IMG/VR virus record: IMGVR_UViG_3300027509_000012
Strand: one strand, 5' to 3'
Source: a virus
DNA length: 64,000 bases
How positions within the stretch are numbered: position 1 is the first letter of the stretch; the number at the start of each line of letters is the position of its first letter. Shown here in pieces: positions 59,242 to 64,000 of this stretch. The notes under the pieces were generated by a model, which did no database searches, was not told the DNA's origin, and saw nothing but the letters and a program-made list of their open reading frames with translations. The translations under genes were made by a program, and so were the position numbers.

Positions 59242-62200
59242 ATGGCTCGAATAAACTTTAGGCAAGGTATTGTAACTCATCCAGTTAATTCGATGTCTGG
59301 TGAGCAAACATTCTTAACAAAAAATGGCACATCCGTTGATTTAGTAGTTTCAAGTCAAAGTTTAGTGACAGTCGCTTTTATCCACGGAACAACCGACTAT
59401 CTCTACACCGAAGCAAACTCTGTAGATTCTGCATGGATAAATATTCCAACTGGAGTAGATAGTTGGTTATATTGGGAAATTAATTCAACTACTGGAAAAG
59501 TACATCGAAAGGTAACAACACTAGAGCCGATAGAAGCCCCTAAAGAACCAGTTGGTAGTAGCACAGGTCAACTATGGTTTGATACACTAAGGCGTATTTG
59601 GGCTGAATATAACGGTGCTAATTATCGAGAAGTAATAGTGGTGTTTGCATGTCGAGTTAATTCTGGTACAGCATTTTCTAGTATGAGTATAGATTCTCCG
59701 TTGTTTACTGGTACTCAAGTAGGTATTACAGATTCTGTTCGAGCTGGTTCTTTAGTATATAACAGTCATGGCAACGCCGTTAAAAGTGGCATTGGAAATA
59801 CATTCTTTACTACTGAAGATGAATTTTTGACAGGCGTACCAAACGCTGCATATCAAAAACTTAATAATGTTTTGCTTACTGGTGAAGCAAGCTGCCCTAT
59901 AGCAGCGTATCAAATAGTCCAATTTAATACTTTCGATGATGTTTGTTTAGCTAATCCAGCAATTTCAGGCAATAGAGTATTGGGTATTGTTGATGAAGAC
60001 GTAGCTACAAACGATACTGTAACATTTATTACCGAGGGTGTAATTGTTAATGATGCATGGGACTGGGAAGGTGAAGGTGCTAATGTAAACGATCCTTTGT
60101 ATTTGGATCTTATCGGTGAATTATCACTTAAAAATAACTTTGGTTCTAGATCACCAATTGGATCAGTATTAAATAAAAATACAATTTATTTTTCACCAAG
60201 ATTGTTCCCACAAGTACATTTAAATACATCACTATCATCTAGTTTGTCTGGATTGACTGATGCCCAAAACAATCAATTAAACGCTGCATCAACTCAAGCA
60301 ACGGCAAATCAAGCAACGTTGGCTTCACAAACAACTAGTTTAATAAATCTTTCGTCTGATGTTGCTAGTGTTGAATCTGATATATCTGCATTAACAACTC
60401 GTATTACTAATAGTGAAACGGATATTACAGATTTAAATACTGATACAACCGCATTAACAACTCGTGTTACAACTACTGAAGGTGATATATCAACCAATGC
60501 AAGTGATATCATAACATTGCAATCATCACTAACAACTCAAATATCATCACTAACAACGGTAACTAATAGAGTAACGGCAAATGAAGTTGATATTTTAGAT
60601 TTGATTTCTGATGCAACAGCATTAACAATTAGAGTCACTGATAGTGAATCTGATATAACCGCACTAACAACTCGTGTTACTGATAATGAAACTGATATTA
60701 CAGATTTAACTACTGATGTAACCGCACTAACAACTCGTGTTACAACTGCCGAAAGTGATATAACAACCAATGCAAGTGATATCACAGCAATAGATACCAG
60801 AATAACTACTGCTGAGTCAAACGTTACAACATTAACAACCAACACAAACGCATTAGCATCAAGAGTTACCACAAATGAACTTGATATTAGTAATATTCAA
60901 ACGGGTGTTTCATCAATAAACGCTAGAGTTGGTGTAAATGAAACTGATATTACAGATTTAACTACTGATGCAACCGCACTAACAACTCGTGTTACAACTG
61001 CTGAAGGTGATATAACAACTAACGAAACAGACATCACAGCTTTAACAACTCGTGTTACAACTGCCGAAAGTGATATAACTGGCCTAACAACAAATGTAAG
61101 TGGTCGAGTATCAAAGTCCGGTGACACAATGACTGGACTTTTAGTATTATCAGGACCACCTATCGTTGCACTTGGAGCATCTACAAGACAATATGTTGAT
61201 GATATAGATGCAGTATTAACAACAGCCGTAAATGCTCGTGTAGAAAAAGCTGGTAGTGTTATAACTGGTGTTTTAGATTTTTCAACTACTGGTGCAGATA
61301 TATCAATGAATGGTTTGTCTGTGTATGATAATACAGAGCCAACAATATCTTTATCTGACGGAGCACTACTTTTTATAGATGGTGGTACTTTCGAATCAGA
61401 CGGCGCAGGGTTTGAATTTTTGGATACTGCTGTCGAATTGGATAATGATTCATCACTTCAAATATATTCTATATCTGGTGGAGCTGATGAAAGATCTGTT
61501 GATATGCAAATAGCTGGTTTTATATTGGGCGGAACTGATACAACATCAACAGCACCTTATGATTTTGATACTTCTTCTGCCCCACAACTTATATTTGATG
61601 TTGATGATATAAATGCTGGAGTTGTTTGGAGAGATTACGCAACTCAATCCAATAATTTAGGACGTATGTTTGTTGATGTATCTAACACGAATGATTTAAT
61701 AATTGAGCGTGATGGAGTAATCGCATTACAACTTAAATCAGGATATATTGAAGTTACTGAGATTAGAGCAAAATCAGGCACAGTACCAGCAGATGATGAT
61801 TTAATGTTAGCAACGAAAGATTATGTAGATACATTAATCACTGGTGGTCCAGCATTATTGGATGATTTACTTGATGTTACCATAACATCAAGAGCAAATA
61901 ACGAAATTCTTTTTTATGATGATATAGAGGGAGATTTTGTTAATAGATTAATAACAGTTGGTGATATCGATGATATTAATATTACATCGATAGTAGATAA
62001 TCAAATATTGTTTTACGATAATACAACTTCAAAGTTCATAAACAAATTAATATCCACCGATGAAATCGAAGATATCAATATTACATCGATAGCAAACAAC
62101 GAAGTGTTATTCTACGATAATACTTCATCTAAATTTGTAAACAAAGAAATAGTAGTAAATGATATTTCCGAAATTAACACATCAACTTTATTAGATAATC

Positions 62201-62811
62201 ATGTTTTAATATACGATGATACTGTTTCTGAATTTAAAAACAGAATGCTAATAAAGGTTGATATATCTGATTTCGACGAATCGGATTATGTAGATGTAAC
62301 AACCAATCAGACAGTCGGAGGAATTAAGACATTTTCTAATGATGTGGTTATTTCTGGAAATTTGACAGTTACAGGAACACAATCAAGCGTTAATTCAACG
62401 GATACTGAAATCTCAGATAATAAAATAGAAATAAACTCAGGCGAAGTTGGTGCAGGCGTAACTGCTGGAACTGCTGGTTTATTAGTAGATCGTGGTACTG
62501 AAACAAATGAAGCTTTACTATTTGATGATGTTGATGATCTTTGGAAAGTAGGTCCAGAGGCAACATTACGCCCAATAGCAACTTCATATGTAGATACCTT
62601 TCTTGTGGCAGATTGGACAACTGGATCACCCAACACTCTTGTTATAACACAAGCAACACATTTACAACCTATCAGCCCGATCTACGCAGTTGATGTATTT
62701 AATGGTACTGATAAAGTTGAGATTCAAATATCAGTTAATGCGACAACTGGTGATGTTACTGTTTCAACAACTGGAGCCACATTTAGCGGTGCAATACGTA
62801 TTGCACTATAA
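59242..62811 (+). CDS. Fibre protein 2 (shared N-terminal anchor, coiled-coil shaft, 33-aa repeats)
   Basis: First ~320 aa paralogous to fibre 1; heptad repeats ITALTTRVTTAESD. Confidence 0.8.
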   Translation: MARINFRQGIVTHPVNSMSGEQTFLTKNGTSVDLVVSSQSLVTVAFIHGTTDYLYTEANSVDSAWINIPTGVDSWLYWEINSTTGKVHRKVTTLEPIEAPKEPVGSSTGQLWFDTLRRIWAEYNGANYREVIVVFACRVNSGTAFSSMSIDSPLFTGTQVGITDSVRAGSLVYNSHGNAVKSGIGNTFFTTEDEFLTGVPNAAYQKLNNVLLTGEASCPIAAYQIVQFNTFDDVCLANPAISGNRVLGIVDEDVATNDTVTFITEGVIVNDAWDWEGEGANVNDPLYLDLIGELSLKNNFGSRSPIGSVLNKNTIYFSPRLFPQVHLNTSLSSSLSGLTDAQNNQLNAASTQATANQATLASQTTSLINLSSDVASVESDISALTTRITNSETDITDLNTDTTALTTRVTTTEGDISTNASDIITLQSSLTTQISSLTTVTNRVTANEVDILDLISDATALTIRVTDSESDITALTTRVTDNETDITDLTTDVTALTTRVTTAESDITTNASDITAIDTRITTAESNVTTLTTNTNALASRVTTNELDISNIQTGVSSINARVGVNETDITDLTTDATALTTRVTTAEGDITTNETDITALTTRVTTAESDITGLTTNVSGRVSKSGDTMTGLLVLSGPPIVALGASTRQYVDDIDAVLTTAVNARVEKAGSVITGVLDFSTTGADISMNGLSVYDNTEPTISLSDGALLFIDGGTFESDGAGFEFLDTAVELDNDSSLQIYSISGGADERSVDMQIAGFILGGTDTTSTAPYDFDTSSAPQLIFDVDDINAGVVWRDYATQSNNLGRMFVDVSNTNDLIIERDGVIALQLKSGYIEVTEIRAKSGTVPADDDLMLATKDYVDTLITGGPALLDDLLDVTITSRANNEILFYDDIEGDFVNRLITVGDIDDINITSIVDNQILFYDNTTSKFINKLISTDEIEDINITSIANNEVLFYDNTSSKFVNKEIVVNDISEINTSTLLDNHVLIYDDTVSEFKNRMLIKVDISDFDESDYVDVTTNQTVGGIKTFSNDVVISGNLTVTGTQSSVNSTDTEISDNKIEINSGEVGAGVTAGTAGLLVDRGTETNEALLFDDVDDLWKVGPEATLRPIATSYVDTFLVADWTTGSPNTLVITQATHLQPISPIYAVDVFNGTDKVEIQISVNATTGDVTVSTTGATFSGAIRIAL
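60370..61100 (+). repeat. Imperfect tandem coding repeats (heptad-based coiled coil)
   Basis: Recurrent GCA(C/T)TAACAACTCGTGTTAC units; ~80-bp near-identical copies at about 60685 and 60937. Confidence 0.85.
61860..62250 (+). repeat. Four ~33-aa coding repeats
   Basis: D.I.DINITSI..N..LFYD...SKF.NK.I repeated four times. Confidence 0.75.
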
Positions 62812-62856
62812 CGATAAATATTACGAAGAATATGAATAATTTAATAGGATTTAATA

Positions 62857-64000
62857 ATGGCATTTGAATTAGCTGGTGAATCATCATCCGAAATAGGATT
62901 AGGATTAGCACACCACAGCACATCATCTAGAACGTCATATACGCCTGCAAAAACAGGAACGGTTGTTTATGATACGGATTTAAAATCTCAATTTTTATGG
63001 GATGGTGCTGCGTGGGTTGAGCATACAACTAAAACATATGTTGATAATAATTTTGTTGATTTAGCTGGCGCAACCATGACTGGTGATCTTGAGATAGATA
63101 ATGTCTCACCAAAACTTATATTAGATTCAAATTTTGATGAAGATTCAACTATTACTTTCAAAGAAACTAATACTATCAGAAGCCAATTATATTACGATGC
63201 TAGTCAAGATAGTTTTGTTGTTAAACGTACAAGCGGCTCAACTATTACATTGGGTGCATCATCAGCAGAATTTAATACTGTAGTTCGCGGTTCTACACCA
63301 GTTGGAGATACTGATTTAACAACTAAATTATATGTTGATAATAATTTTAGTAATGTAGTCCATACTCACACATTAAATGATATTACAGATTACGATGCAA
63401 CTATATTCGCCACTAGTGCACAAGGAGCATTAGCTGATACAGCACTTCAAGATATAACAGCAGAAAGCCATAGTGATTTACTCGGTCTTAGTGCGGATGA
63501 TCATACTCAATACCACAATGATGCGCGTGGTGATATTCGCTATTACCAGAAATCAGAGGTTGATAGTGACCTAAATTTAAAAGTTAATAAAGCTGGCGAT
63601 ACCATGACTGGTGATTTACAAGTTGATGGAGTTGATCCAAATTTAAAAATTAATACTACATCATTAACTGGCACAGCAGGAATGCGATTATCTGAACAGG
63701 GTTCTAACAAAGGTCGTTTTGCTTATCGTTCATCGCCTGATGATATTGTTTTGGGTTATGTTGGTGGGGCAGATATTGTATTCACTTCATCAGATATCAC
63801 ACTCAATAAAGTAGTGCGAGGTGTAACACCAGTTGGAACCGCCGATTTAACTACTAAAGGTTGGGTTGATAGTGAACTAAGCGATAAAGTTGACCTTGAT
63901 GGCGATACCATGACTGGTGATTTAAGTGTCAGCAAAGCTACTCCTTTAATTAAAATTGATTCAACATCAGGTAGCGCATTTTTAAGATTTACAGATTCTG
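62857..64000 (+). CDS. Fibre protein 3, partial (runs off the right edge)
   Basis: Not in the ORF track. MAFELAGESSSEIG...; TAAATA at 62815, AGGA SD; shares HTL.DITDYD..IFAT and DDH..YHND.RGDIRYY modules with fibre 1. Confidence 0.8.
   Translation, partial: MAFELAGESSSEIGLGLAHHSTSSRTSYTPAKTGTVVYDTDLKSQFLWDGAAWVEHTTKTYVDNNFVDLAGATMTGDLEIDNVSPKLILDSNFDEDSTITFKETNTIRSQLYYDASQDSFVVKRTSGSTITLGASSAEFNTVVRGSTPVGDTDLTTKLYVDNNFSNVVHTHTLNDITDYDATIFATSAQGALADTALQDITAESHSDLLGLSADDHTQYHNDARGDIRYYQKSEVDSDLNLKVNKAGDTMTGDLQVDGVDPNLKINTTSLTGTAGMRLSEQGSNKGRFAYRSSPDDIVLGYVGGADIVFTSSDITLNKVVRGVTPVGTADLTTKGWVDSELSDKVDLDGDTMTGDLSVSKATPLIKIDSTSGSAFLRFTDS

Larger units (their letters stand above)
3924..62820. promoter_or_regulatory. 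Dispersed late promoter box (TA)TAAATA, about 20 copies before morphogenesis genes (span given)
   Basis: Minus strand: 3924, 7229, 8621, 13828, 19312, 23614, 40852, 55227. Plus strand: 23602, 26111, 27780, 28159, 29280, 34684, 40910, 43398, 44577, 46535, 47213, 49795, 55275, 55620, 59207, 62815. Resembles the T4 gp55 promoter TATAAATA. Confidence 0.8.

Noticed and set aside
60370-61100. Repeats as a CRISPR array or DGR template/variable pair
   Set aside because: In-frame coding heptads with no unique spacers; no cas or reverse transcriptase gene seen; differences are not adenine-specific.
5558-62636. Many 60-126 aa antisense or alternate-frame ORFs inside long genes
   Set aside because: No SD, promoter or motifs; expected from the codon bias of the real genes.
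1-64000. Stop-codon reassignment, tRNA or rRNA genes
   Set aside because: Core genes are full length in the standard code and end in all three stop codons; no cloverleaf or rRNA-like sequence recognised by eye.
1-64000. Dam (GATC) site avoidance
   Set aside because: GATC is frequent throughout.

Overview
AT-rich dsDNA phage segment: the virion morphogenesis region of a large, T4-superfamily (jumbo-type) myovirus, read in the standard genetic code. From left to right it holds: a minus-strand baseplate cluster (giant wedge protein running off the left edge, gp6, gp25, gp5-like spike, hub fused to a peptidase M15 domain, gp53, tube initiator); a gp55-like late sigma factor, the gp47/gp46 (Mre11/Rad50) nuclease, RuvC, Pth2 and a DinG-type helicase; gp26/gp51-like chaperones divergent from a probable tape measure; portal, prohead protease, scaffold and major capsid; neck gp13/gp14, gp15, sheath, gp4, TerS, tail tube and TerL; an HD-kinase; and three fibre genes, the last running off the right edge. 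Four free-standing homing-endonuclease-like genes are interspersed. Late promoters are TAAATA boxes and early promoters are sigma70-like. The most notable observations are: (1) a stand-alone, catalytically degenerate terminase-ATPase paralog directly upstream of TerL, apparently under early control; (2) about 10 genes whose ATG lies 4-7 nt after the promoter box, implying leaderless mRNAs; (3) a probable programmed -1 frameshift joining the gp26- and gp51-like ORFs; (4) a structured non-coding element of about 250 nt between convergent promoters; (5) strong avoidance of CCWGG. All family assignments are by motif recognition and synteny, not database searches.
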